From Clostridiales bacterium (GTDB taxonomy: Bacteria > Bacillota > Clostridia > Christensenellales > UBA1242): 64,000 nucleotides of DNA. Position numbers and translations under genes: made by a program. The notes beneath the pieces were generated by a model. It saw nothing but the letters and a program-made list of their open reading frames with translations. It searched no databases and was not told the DNA's origin. Shown here in pieces: positions 41,830 to 51,166 of the stretch; position 1 is the first letter of the stretch, and the number at the start of each line of letters is the position of its first letter. The DNA lies in assembly GCA_015055535.1 (NCBI GenBank), contig SVIA01000004.1:1421-65420 (forward strand). The letters are read 5' to 3'.

Positions 41830-41967
41830 GTAAAGTTAATTATAGCTTTATGTGGGTTACGTTTTTCCTTAATTTAATCTTTTTTATATTTTTTATTGAA
41901 TATTACCCGATCAATATTCAATCCTTTGGTAATCCACTTAAACGCAGAGTTTCACTGCGTTTTTTTA
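41830..41967 (+). ncRNA. candidate small RNA of unknown class
   Basis: TTGATT-17nt-TGtTATAAT promoter (41795-41823). 9-bp closing helix 41852-41860/41929-41937. Perfect 9-bp hairpin 41896-41921. Terminator hairpin plus T7 at 41942-41967. No SD-led ORF. Confidence 0.4.
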
Positions 41968-42107
41968 TTATTTAAATTTTTTATATAGCTAAAATTATTA
42001 AAAATTTTAGCCCATTTTAACTTAATAATTTAATTAAACATAAATAAATATTGTAAAATATTAGTAAAAATTATAAAAATATGTTAAAATAAAATGTAGG
42101 AGTTAAA

Positions 42108-42824
42108 ATGGAAAATTTAGCAAAAAGATTTATTCAGGCTTATAATAAGTTAGATCATACAATTAAAAGCTTATACAATTTTAAAAGAGGTATGCCTTTT
42201 TCTGATTGTATTAGAAGAGCCGTATCACTAAATAGTGTGGTAAGAAAATTTGAAGATGACTTAGTAGATTTTTCAAGACTTAGAAATGCTATTGTTCACT
42301 CGTCTGGTGATAGTGATGATGTTATTGCTGTTCCAAAACAAGAAGTTGTAGAAAAAATTGAACATATTGCAAAACTTATTTGTACTCCACCTAGAGTATA
42401 TGATACTGTTTGTAGAAAAGATGTTTTAAGTGTAGATAGTAAAGTAAGCGTTAAAGAAACAATAGGCTTAATTAGCAAGTCTGGTTATTCTAATTTACCT
42501 GTTTATAAAGACGGACAAATTCTTGGTGTTGCGAACGGACAAAGAATTTTAAATAAAATAGGTAATGTTATTAATGACAATTTAAATGTTTGCAATTTTT
42601 TAGAAAAAACACAAATAGAAGAATTGGTAAGTGGCGAAAAAGAAAATTTTTATACAATTGCTTCTAAAGACCTAACAATAAGCGAGGCGCTAAATCTTTT
42701 TTATCAAAACCGTAAGCTTCTTGTTATACTAATTACTCCAAATGGAAATTTTTTAGAAATGCCAATTGGAATTGTTACAACAAGTGATATTTTAGATATA
42801 AATAAAATTTTAGAAAATTATTAA
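42108..42824 (+). CDS. CBS-pair domain protein with N-terminal helical (possibly HEPN-like) domain
   Basis: The C-terminal 140 aa has two CBS-like repeats (..VSVKETIGLI...SNLPVY.. and ..PIGIVTTSDIL). The N-terminal ~95 aa contains LRNAIVHS (Rx4H). Confidence 0.75.
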   Translation: MENLAKRFIQAYNKLDHTIKSLYNFKRGMPFSDCIRRAVSLNSVVRKFEDDLVDFSRLRNAIVHSSGDSDDVIAVPKQEVVEKIEHIAKLICTPPRVYDTVCRKDVLSVDSKVSVKETIGLISKSGYSNLPVYKDGQILGVANGQRILNKIGNVINDNLNVCNFLEKTQIEELVSGEKENFYTIASKDLTISEALNLFYQNRKLLVILITPNGNFLEMPIGIVTTSDILDINKILENY

Positions 42825-42834
42825 GGATAAATTT

Positions 42835-43518
42835 ATGTTAGATATTTTATACGAAGACAATCATATAATAGTGGTAAAAAAACCATTTAATGTACCAACT
42901 CAACCAGATAGTTCAAGTGATGTTTCTCTTTACGATATGGTAAAAGAATATATTAAAGAAAAATATAATAAACCAGGTAATGTTTATGTTGGAATGCTAC
43001 ATAGACTAGATAGACCAACAGGCGGAATTATAATGTTTGCTAAAACTAGTAAAGCCGCAGAAAGATTAAGTAAAGACATTCAAGATAGAAAAGTTGAAAA
43101 AAGATATTTGGCTGTGCTTTCTGGTGTCCCAAAATCAAAAATTGGACATTTAGAAAACTATCTTAAAAAAGATGAAAAAACAAATACTGTAAAATTAGCA
43201 ACTTTAAGTGAAGAGGGTAGTAAACTTGCTGTTTTAGATTATAGAGTTTTAGAAGAAAATGAAAAATATAGTTTAGTAGATATAAATCTATCAACCGGAA
43301 GAAGTCATCAAATTCGTGTTCAAATGAGTGCAAACAAAACTCCAGTTTTTGCCGATTTTAAATACGGTAAAGGGGTTAAAGATGTAAATTTAGCACTATT
43401 TGCGTATAAATTACAATTTACACACCCAACAACTAAAAAGTTAATGACGTTTATTGTTGAACCACCATTAGATGATATCCCTTGGAAATTCTTTAGTGTT
43501 CAAAAACATATTAATTAG
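42835..43518 (+). CDS. RluA family pseudouridine synthase (short form)
   Basis: HRLDRPTGG catalytic motif and GRSHQIR. Confidence 0.9.
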   Translation: MLDILYEDNHIIVVKKPFNVPTQPDSSSDVSLYDMVKEYIKEKYNKPGNVYVGMLHRLDRPTGGIIMFAKTSKAAERLSKDIQDRKVEKRYLAVLSGVPKSKIGHLENYLKKDEKTNTVKLATLSEEGSKLAVLDYRVLEENEKYSLVDINLSTGRSHQIRVQMSANKTPVFADFKYGKGVKDVNLALFAYKLQFTHPTTKKLMTFIVEPPLDDIPWKFFSVQKHIN

Positions 43519-43568
43519 GTGTCAAAGAGTGTCTAAGACACCTTTTTTGTGCCGTTAGGCACTTTTGT
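43519..43568 (+). terminator. tandem double hairpin terminator
   Basis: gtgtc-taa-gacac plus T6, then gtgcc-gtta-ggcac plus T-run. Confidence 0.6.
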
Positions 43569-43722
43569 TTTTATTAAAATTTGAATTGTTGATTAAGCGA
43601 ATTAAAAAATTATTTTCTTTTGTAACAGACACGTTTTTATTTTTTGTATGAATTAGTGATTAAAAATAAAGTGCCTATGGCACCACTATTGACAATTTAT
43701 AAAAATTTTATATAATTAAAGT

Positions 43723-44241
43723 ATGAGTTATTTTGAGTATGACGATTTATATTTAAAAGCACAACAAAATAAAAACGCAAAATATATTGCGTTTTGTTTT
43801 GATATAAGTAATAGTAAATTAATGGAAAGTAGAGAAAGATTAACTGCTCAAATTAAAAGTTTTGAAACTATTGATTTAGTAATTAAGTGCTTAAACAAAT
43901 TAGAAGATAAAGAAAATAAAAAAATTTTACTTGATGAAAAACCTGTGCAAAAAGTTGAAAGTATAATAAAAACTAAAGATAAAACTTTTAGTTATTTAAA
44001 TAATCCATGTGTTTTGTTTGGTGATAGTTTTGTTTTTTATTGTTATAACAAGTCTATTAGCCCTGAAGATTTCCTAAAAATTTTTCAGGCTTGTTGTAAT
44101 CAAGCTAGGAATAAAACAAAATATCATTTTAATTTGGGACATTTTGAAACTTTAAATTACGAAGATGCAAACAAACAATATTATATTGGTTATATTGCAG
44201 AAAAAATCGCAAAAGAAAAAACTCATATTAAAACTTTTTAA
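43723..44241 (+). CDS. hypothetical protein with class-III nucleotidyl-cyclase/SatD-like motif spacing
   Basis: TTGACA..TATAAT promoter at ~43689-43717. YIAFCFDISNSKLM and VLFGDSFVFY resemble the two metal-Asp segments of the cyclase fold. The similarity is weak. Confidence 0.5.
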   Translation: MSYFEYDDLYLKAQQNKNAKYIAFCFDISNSKLMESRERLTAQIKSFETIDLVIKCLNKLEDKENKKILLDEKPVQKVESIIKTKDKTFSYLNNPCVLFGDSFVFYCYNKSISPEDFLKIFQACCNQARNKTKYHFNLGHFETLNYEDANKQYYIGYIAEKIAKEKTHIKTF

Positions 44242-44270
44242 AAAAGACTTATTTTCATAAGTCTTTTTTA
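44240..44270. terminator. bidirectional terminator between convergent islet genes
   Basis: aaaaaagactta-ttttca-taagtctttttt. Confidence 0.65.
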
Positions 44271-44280
44271 TAATGCTTTA

Positions 44281-44628
44281 TTAAAAGTTTCTATATTCTT
44301 CACTTTGTGTTTTTTTATTTTCTGTGTCTACTATTTTGTTTTCAGTTTCAAAAAATTTTTTAATGGCAATTTTTAATGTATTTAGTTCTTCACTAGTTAT
44401 AGTTTCAGCTTTAACTATATCAGATAATTTAATAATATCAAACATTTCTACATTATAATGTTTTTCTAATGCGCTATATACTGATCTTTTATGTAAATCA
44501 AAAATTGAGCCATCAGTTAAAACTTTGACTTTTGTAATATCATTATTCCAAACATACGGAAAAACTTGTATTTTTTTGTTTTTATCTGTTCCTATATAAA
44601 CTGTAATGTGTTTAGTTTTATAAATCAT
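44281..44628 (-). CDS. hypothetical protein
   Basis: 115-codon ORF with AGGAGAAAAAG SD region on the minus strand. No motif recognised. Confidence 0.5.
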   Translation of the reverse strand: MIYKTKHITVYIGTDKNKKIQVFPYVWNNDITKVKVLTDGSIFDLHKRSVYSALEKHYNVEMFDIIKLSDIVKAETITSEELNTLKIAIKKFFETENKIVDTENKKTQSEEYRNF

Positions 44629-44756
44629 ACTTTTTCTCCTTTAATTGTTAAAATTTTAACATAGGGAAGGCTGTTTGTCAATAGTGAATTTTTAATATAT
44701 ATAAAGTAATAAAAAAGTGTCATCGACACAAAAAAAGTGCCTTACGGCACAAAAAA

Positions 44757-45022
44757 ATCACGCAAGAGAGATTGTAACCTTACTCTATATATTACATTAA
44801 CAGGTAACTCCTACAAAGCCACCTTATGGCACATAACTAGGTTCGCTTAATGCTGCTTCCGTCAAGACCTGACATGGTTCACGATTAGCTATTGCATAAG
44901 ACTTTATACTCAACGCCCCTTATTAACGCAATAATATAAAATAAAAATTCCGACTTCTCCGTTCGACTCTGCTATAGCGGGTTGCAGATACAGGGCACCG
45001 CTAACTCCCCATCCAGCGTGAT
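44757..45022 (-). ncRNA. ffs: signal recognition particle RNA, long Bacillus type with Alu domain
   Basis: The minus strand reads ...CCATGTCAGGTCTTGACGGAAGCAGCATTAAG... (conserved domain IV) and a 5' GGTGCCCTGT...CAACCCGC Alu-like region. 5'/3' ends pair (ATCACGC/GCGTGAT). Followed by tandem terminators. Confidence 0.85.
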
Positions 45023-45111
45023 AGATATATTTTAACACAAAAAATTTATTTTGTAAAGAATTAAAATGAACTATTGTTGCATTTTTTTTATTTTTATGTA
45101 ATAATTAAAAT

Positions 45112-46047
45112 ATGGAATTTGAACATTTACCAATTTTAAAAGATGAAATTATTGATTTATTAAATATAAAACCAAACGGTGTTTATGTAGATTGTACTGT
45201 TGGGGGAGCAGGCCATAGTAGTGCAATTTGTGAAAAGTTAAGTAGTGATGCCACACTAATTTGCTTTGATAAAGATTTAGAGGCGCTAAACGTTAGTAAA
45301 GAAAGATTAAGCAAATTTTCTTGTAATAAAATTTTTATTCATTCAGACTTCCACGCTTATAAAGAAAAATTACAAGAAAATGGAATAAATAAAGTTGATG
45401 GCGTTTTAATTGATCTTGGAGTTAGTAGTTATCAGTTAGATAATTTTGAACGTGGTTTTTCGTATATGCATGATGGTCGTCTTGATATGAGAATGGATCA
45501 AACTAAAGATTTTTCGGCTTACAATGTTGTAAATGAATATTCACCACAAAATCTTACAAAAATTTTATATGAATATGGTGAAGAACAATTTACAAAAAGT
45601 ATTGTAAATAATATAATTAAACAAAGGGGAATTAGCCCCATTTCTACAACTAAAGAACTTGTAGATATAATAAATAGCAGTGTTCCAGCAAAGGTTAGAA
45701 TAGATAAAACAAGTGTTAAACGAGTTTTTCAAGCAATTAGAATAGAAGTTAACGGTGAACTTGAGGGACTAGAAAATACGCTTAAAGATATAATTGATAG
45801 TCTTAGTATTGGTGGAAGATTTGCAGTTTTAACATTTCACTCGCTAGAAGATAGAATTGTAAAAAATTTGTTTAAACTAGAGAGTACAAATTGTATTTGT
45901 GATAAAAACTTACCTATTTGTGTTTGTAATCATAAGGCAAGTGTTAATTTAGTTAATAGGAAACCGATTGTGGCAAACGATAAAGAAATAAAAGAAAATT
46001 CTCGTAGCAAAAGTGCAAAGCTTAGAGTGATTGAAAAAGTGTTCTAA
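45112..46047 (+). CDS. rsmH: 16S rRNA (cytosine1402-N4)-methyltransferase
   Basis: HLPILKDE, DCTVGGAGHS, DLGVSSYQLD motifs. First gene of the dcw cluster. Confidence 0.95.
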   Translation: MEFEHLPILKDEIIDLLNIKPNGVYVDCTVGGAGHSSAICEKLSSDATLICFDKDLEALNVSKERLSKFSCNKIFIHSDFHAYKEKLQENGINKVDGVLIDLGVSSYQLDNFERGFSYMHDGRLDMRMDQTKDFSAYNVVNEYSPQNLTKILYEYGEEQFTKSIVNNIIKQRGISPISTTKELVDIINSSVPAKVRIDKTSVKRVFQAIRIEVNGELEGLENTLKDIIDSLSIGGRFAVLTFHSLEDRIVKNLFKLESTNCICDKNLPICVCNHKASVNLVNRKPIVANDKEIKENSRSKSAKLRVIEKVF

Positions 46048-46072
46048 AATTTTATAAAAAGGAGTATACTAT

Positions 46073-46753
46073 ATGGAAAACGATAATTTAATTTTGACCG
46101 AAACTGAAACAGATTACGAAGAAGTTATAGATAGTGAAGAAGAAACGCTTGAAGATAATTCGTTTGAAATAAGCGATGAAGCTAAAGAGCAAAGTCGTAA
46201 GTTTTTTAAGTTTGGTTCTAAAAAGAAAAAAGATAATCGTAAATTTGAAAGTTTTGAAATTGTAAAAACTTATACTCCAAAAGAAAAACCTAAAAAAGAT
46301 AATGAATTTGATAAAATTTTAGAGGTTTCAAATAATCTTCAAACTACTGAAGAAACTATAAGTGTTAAAAATAAACAAACCAATCAAAAAGTTCAAGTAA
46401 AAATGCGTCCGCAAGGCAAATTAATTTTAGCAGTTATTAGTATTATAATAATTTTATTATCTAGTTTGTGTATTTATAATGCTGTGAATATTAACAATTT
46501 AAATAGAGATATTAACAATTTAAATAATGAAATAACTGTTCAAGATTTTAATGTAGATAAAGCAATTAAAAATTTACAAAATTTAACAGATGACGCTAAA
46601 TCAGATGAACAAGCACTAAAACTAGAACTAGAAAAAGCAACTGATACTCATGAAGTTACTTTGTATATTCGTCAAGAAAGTTCTAGCGTAAAAGAAGTTT
46701 CTAACTGGTTTGACAAACTTTGCAATTTTCTCTCTAAAATTTTAGGAGGCTAA
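46073..46753 (+). CDS. FtsL-like cell division protein (acidic N-terminal extension, single TM, coiled coil)
   Basis: Sits at the ftsL position between rsmH and the PBP gene. One TM (LILAVISIIIILLSSLCIY) followed by heptad-like N/L-rich segment. Confidence 0.5.
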   Translation: MENDNLILTETETDYEEVIDSEEETLEDNSFEISDEAKEQSRKFFKFGSKKKKDNRKFESFEIVKTYTPKEKPKKDNEFDKILEVSNNLQTTEETISVKNKQTNQKVQVKMRPQGKLILAVISIIIILLSSLCIYNAVNINNLNRDINNLNNEITVQDFNVDKAIKNLQNLTDDAKSDEQALKLELEKATDTHEVTLYIRQESSSVKEVSNWFDKLCNFLSKILGG

Positions 46754-46754
46754 T

Positions 46755-48668
46755 TTGTCAAATAAAAATTATAGTATTTTTTCTATTCAAAAGAGGTTAC
46801 TAGCAATAATTTTGCTAATAACCTTTATTTTTTCTCTGCTTATTTTTAGGCTTTGTTATATTCAAATAATAAATGCTGAAAATTTACTAAAAAAAGGTGA
46901 AAGCCAGTGGATAAGAGATTTACCCTTAAACGCCAAACGTGGTACTATTTACGATAAAAATGGAGTTGCTTTAGCGGTTTCTTACACGAGTTACAATATT
47001 TATGTTAGAGCCATTAGTGTAAAAGATCCATCTGGCGTAACAAAAGCTTTAACCGATGTGTTAAATTTGAATTATGAAACTGTTTATCAGAAAGTGACAA
47101 ATAGATTAGTTAGTGAAAGTTTAATAAAACTTCAGGTTGATAGCGCTGATGTCGAAAAGTTAAAGTCGTATAATTTGGAAGGCATTTATTATAGTGAAAA
47201 TAATAAAAGATATTATCCGTATGGAGATTTTTTAAGTCAAGTTTTAGGTTATACAACCATTGATAATATTGGGCAAAGTGGCTTAGAACTTTTTTATAAT
47301 AAATTTTTAACAGGAATAGATGGTTATACTTATAAACAAACGTCAATTCGTGGTGAAGAAATTTTAAATACTTTAGATAGTTATGTGCCATCAATTAGTG
47401 GAAATAATTTATATTTAACAATAGATTATAACATTCAAAAGCTTGCAGAAAATGCTTGTGAAGAAATAATGATAAATGAGAAACCAAAGAGTGCTACTAT
47501 TATTGTTATGGATCCAAATACTGGAGAAATTTTAGCTAATACTAGTAAACCAAGCTTAGATTTAAATAATCTTCCTAGAGATAATATAACTATGTTAAAT
47601 GCCAATAGTAAAAATCTAAGTTTAGTAGATGTTTATGAACCAGGTTCAACATTTAAGGTTTTAACTACAGCAATGGCATTAGAAGAAGGGCTTACTAGCC
47701 CTAATGATAGATTTTATGATCCTGGATATCGTGTTGTTGATGGACAAAAAATAAGATGTTGGAGACTTCATGGCCATGGCTCTCAAACAATGACAGAAGG
47801 ACTTTGCAATAGTTGCAATGCTGTTTTTGTAGATTTAGCATTAAGGCTAGGGGAAGAAAGATTGTATAGTTATTTTGAAAAATTTGGACTAGGAAGCTCT
47901 TTGAATGTTGATTTTCCAGGTGAAAGCGGTGGAATTATAATGAACCGCGAAACAGCACAAAAAGTTGATCTTGCGAGAATGGGGTTCGGGCAGGCAATAG
48001 CAACAACACCTATGCAGTTAATTAATGCAATTTGTAGTGTAGTAAATGGTGGAACACTGCTTAAACCATACTATGTAAACAAAATTACCAATAGCTTTGA
48101 TGTTACTATTAAAGAAAACACTCGAACAGAATTAAATAAAGTTATATCAAACAAAACTAGCGATACTATTAAAATGATGTTTGAAGAAGTTATAAAAAAA
48201 GCAAATGGTGTTAATGCTTTTATTCCAGGTTATAGGGTTGCTGGAAAAACTGGAACAAGTCAAAAATATGAAGATGGGAAAATTAACGGAAAATATGTTT
48301 CTTCTTTTGTTGGAGGGTTTCCTGCCGATAACCCGGAGTATATTTGCTTAGTTGTAGTAGATGAACCTAGTAGTGGGGCATATTATGGTAGTATTGTTGC
48401 CACTCCTTATGCTAAAAAAGTATTTGAGGGAATTATTAAATATAAACAAATATCACCAACTGGTGATTTAGAAAGTGACTTAAAACTTATGGAAGAAAAT
48501 ATTACAATGCCAAATTTAGTTGGAATGAGTTTAAGCAAAGCTATTAGTACTTTAACTAGTTTAAATTTACAATATGAAATAGACGGCGAAGGAGAATTCG
48601 TTTTAACCCAAACGCCACCGCCAAACACAAAAGTTAGAGAACGATCGATAATACTTTTGGAGACATAA
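46755..48668 (+). CDS. class B penicillin-binding protein (FtsI/PBP2B-like) with C-terminal PASTA domain
   Basis: STFK, SCN, KTGT transpeptidase motifs. N-terminal TM. TTG start. Confidence 0.9.
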   Translation: MSNKNYSIFSIQKRLLAIILLITFIFSLLIFRLCYIQIINAENLLKKGESQWIRDLPLNAKRGTIYDKNGVALAVSYTSYNIYVRAISVKDPSGVTKALTDVLNLNYETVYQKVTNRLVSESLIKLQVDSADVEKLKSYNLEGIYYSENNKRYYPYGDFLSQVLGYTTIDNIGQSGLELFYNKFLTGIDGYTYKQTSIRGEEILNTLDSYVPSISGNNLYLTIDYNIQKLAENACEEIMINEKPKSATIIVMDPNTGEILANTSKPSLDLNNLPRDNITMLNANSKNLSLVDVYEPGSTFKVLTTAMALEEGLTSPNDRFYDPGYRVVDGQKIRCWRLHGHGSQTMTEGLCNSCNAVFVDLALRLGEERLYSYFEKFGLGSSLNVDFPGESGGIIMNRETAQKVDLARMGFGQAIATTPMQLINAICSVVNGGTLLKPYYVNKITNSFDVTIKENTRTELNKVISNKTSDTIKMMFEEVIKKANGVNAFIPGYRVAGKTGTSQKYEDGKINGKYVSSFVGGFPADNPEYICLVVVDEPSSGAYYGSIVATPYAKKVFEGIIKYKQISPTGDLESDLKLMEENITMPNLVGMSLSKAISTLTSLNLQYEIDGEGEFVLTQTPPPNTKVRERSIILLET

Positions 48669-50135
48669 ATGAATTTGTATAAAATATTAGAAAATATTGA
48701 CATATTAGAATTTGTTAATATAAACAAAGAAGAGACGAAAAATATTGAAATAAAAAATATTTGTGATAACACAACCAATATAAAAAAGCTAAAAGATAGT
48801 TTATTTGTGTGTATAGAAGGTTTTAATTTTGATAGTCATACAATAGTAAAAGACTTTGAAAGTTTTGGAGTTAAATTTTTAGTATGTAATAAAAAAATTG
48901 AAACAAAAATACCTTGTATTATTGTTAAAAATACAAGAAAAGTATTGGGAGAAATTGCTAGTAATTTTTATGATAACCCTTGTAAAAAGCTAAAAATTAT
49001 TGGAGTTATTGGAACTAATGGGAAAACAAGTACAACATATATAATAAAGCAATTACTAGACAAACAAAATGTAAAAACTAGTTTAATAGGAACAAGCGGT
49101 GTTTATATAAACAATAAAAGGATTAAAGAAACTCTAACAACTCCAGATCCACTACTTTTAAATGAATTATTTTATAAAATGTTTAAAGCAGGTAGTGAAG
49201 TGGTTGTTATGGAAATTTCTGCCCATGCAATTAGTTTAAATAAGGTAGATTTTCTCTGTTGTGACGCACTTATTTTTAGTAATTTTTCTCAAGATCATTT
49301 GGATTTTTTTCAAACAATGGAAAACTATAAAAATACAAAATTTTCATTTTTTAATAGTAAAAATTGCAAAAATGCTATTATAAATATAGATGATAAAGCA
49401 GGAAGTGAACTTTATGCAAACTCAAATGAAAAAATTCCCACTTTTTCATTTGGAATAGAAAATGATGCGGATATTATTGCAAAAGATATAAAACTTTTTT
49501 TAAATAAAACAAATTTAACTATTAAGATTAATGAAAGTTATAAAAAAATTGCTTTTAATCTTTCTTGCCGGTTTAATGTGTATAATTTACTAAGTGCTGT
49601 TTTAACTTTAAAGGTTTTAGATTTTAGTATTAATTTAAATCATATAAAAACTTTAAAGCCTATAAAGGGACGATTTAACATAATTAAACTAAGTAAAAAT
49701 AAATTTATTATTATCGATTATGCTCATACTCCAGAAAGCTTAAAAAGTTTACTTCAAAATGTAAATAAACTTTTTCATGGTAAAATAATTACACTTTTTG
49801 GTTGCCCTGGAAATCGAGATGAAACTAAAAGAGAAATTATGGGAAATATCGCTTATAATTACTCTGATAAAATTTATATTACTAGTGATAATCCAAAGTA
49901 TGAAAATCCATTAATTATTTGTAATCAAATTTTAAAAGGGGCAAAAGAAAAAGGGAAAATAGTAGAAGATAGAGAAAAGGCAATTAAAAAAGCAATAAAA
50001 AATTTAAAAGCAAACGAAGTATTATTAATTGTAGGAAAAGGTAGTGAAAGTTATCAAGACATTAACAATTTAAAAATTCCGTATTCAGACTTTAAAGTCG
50101 TTTATAAGTGCATAAAAAAGTTAAAAAAACAATAA
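48669..50135 (+). CDS. murE: UDP-N-acetylmuramoyl-L-alanyl-D-glutamate--diamino acid ligase
   Basis: GVIGTNGKTST P-loop, Mur ligase middle and C-terminal domains, dcw position. Confidence 0.9.
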   Translation: MNLYKILENIDILEFVNINKEETKNIEIKNICDNTTNIKKLKDSLFVCIEGFNFDSHTIVKDFESFGVKFLVCNKKIETKIPCIIVKNTRKVLGEIASNFYDNPCKKLKIIGVIGTNGKTSTTYIIKQLLDKQNVKTSLIGTSGVYINNKRIKETLTTPDPLLLNELFYKMFKAGSEVVVMEISAHAISLNKVDFLCCDALIFSNFSQDHLDFFQTMENYKNTKFSFFNSKNCKNAIINIDDKAGSELYANSNEKIPTFSFGIENDADIIAKDIKLFLNKTNLTIKINESYKKIAFNLSCRFNVYNLLSAVLTLKVLDFSINLNHIKTLKPIKGRFNIIKLSKNKFIIIDYAHTPESLKSLLQNVNKLFHGKIITLFGCPGNRDETKREIMGNIAYNYSDKIYITSDNPKYENPLIICNQILKGAKEKGKIVEDREKAIKKAIKNLKANEVLLIVGKGSESYQDINNLKIPYSDFKVVYKCIKKLKKQ

Positions 50136-50143
50136 AATAAATT

Positions 50144-51151
50144 ATGGATAAATTTTTTTTAGTTATTACAATTGCATTTATAATAAGTTTAATAATTTCG
50201 CCAATAGTTATAAAGCTTGCTAAAAAATTAAAAGCAAGCCAACCTGTTTATGAATACGTAGATATGCATAACAGTAAAAAGGGTACACCAACTATGGGTG
50301 GAATTATTTTTTTAGTTGGTATTATAGTTACTAGCATACTTTTTTTAACAAGTCAAAATCAATTAGCTGTAATGTGTTTAGGGGTTTTTCTATCTTTTGG
50401 ACTAGTTGGTTTTTTGGATGATTTTTTAAAAATTAAACATAAGCATAACGAAGGGTTAAAGCCTTATCAAAAAATATTTTTTCAACTAGCAATAAGTTTA
50501 ATTGTAAGCTTTTTTGCTTTTAATAATGGTTTAATTGGCTCATCTATTTATCTTCCGTTTGTATCAAATCAAATAAATTTAGGTTATTTTTATATTCCTT
50601 TTACGGTAATAGTTTTTTTAGCAGTAACAAATAGTGTTAATTTAACCGATGGCCTTGATGGACTAGCCGGTGGAGTAAGTTTAAGTTATTTAATTAGTTT
50701 TACATTAATATTTTTTACAATTTTTACAAGTTTAAAAAATGGTGGGGCAAGCTTATTGCTTATTAATGAGTATAACAATTTATCTATAGTTTTAGCTTCT
50801 TCAATTGGGGCGTTACTTGCTTATTTATTGTTTAATAGTTTTCCAGCACGCATTTTTATGGGTGATACCGGCTCTCTTGCTCTTGGTGGATTAATAGCGG
50901 CTATTAACATATTTACGAAACAAACATTATTAATTCCAATTTTAGGAATTATGTTTGTGGTTAGTAGCTTGTCAGTAATTTTACAGGTTGCGAAATTTAA
51001 ATTAACTAAAAAAAGAATGTTTTTAATGGCACCATTTCATCATCATTTAGAGAAAAAAGGCATGCATGAAACTAAAATTGTTTGCGTATATATTATTATA
51101 ACAATTATAGTTGGTGTGGTTTGTGAATTGTTGCAACTAATTTTATTCTAA
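50144..51151 (+). CDS. mraY: phospho-N-acetylmuramoyl-pentapeptide transferase
   Basis: KKGTPTMGG, NLTDGLDGLA, MGDTGSLALGG, PFHHHLE motifs. Confidence 0.95.
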   Translation: MDKFFLVITIAFIISLIISPIVIKLAKKLKASQPVYEYVDMHNSKKGTPTMGGIIFLVGIIVTSILFLTSQNQLAVMCLGVFLSFGLVGFLDDFLKIKHKHNEGLKPYQKIFFQLAISLIVSFFAFNNGLIGSSIYLPFVSNQINLGYFYIPFTVIVFLAVTNSVNLTDGLDGLAGGVSLSYLISFTLIFFTIFTSLKNGGASLLLINEYNNLSIVLASSIGALLAYLLFNSFPARIFMGDTGSLALGGLIAAINIFTKQTLLIPILGIMFVVSSLSVILQVAKFKLTKKRMFLMAPFHHHLEKKGMHETKIVCVYIIITIIVGVVCELLQLILF

Positions 51152-51166
51152 CTATAAAAGGAGCGT

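Noticed and set aside
41850-41975. 41-codon hydrophobic ORF inside the sRNA candidate, as a bona fide gene
   Set aside because: There is no SD or other initiation signal, and the region is better explained by RNA structure. It is kept only as an alternative within the sRNA finding.
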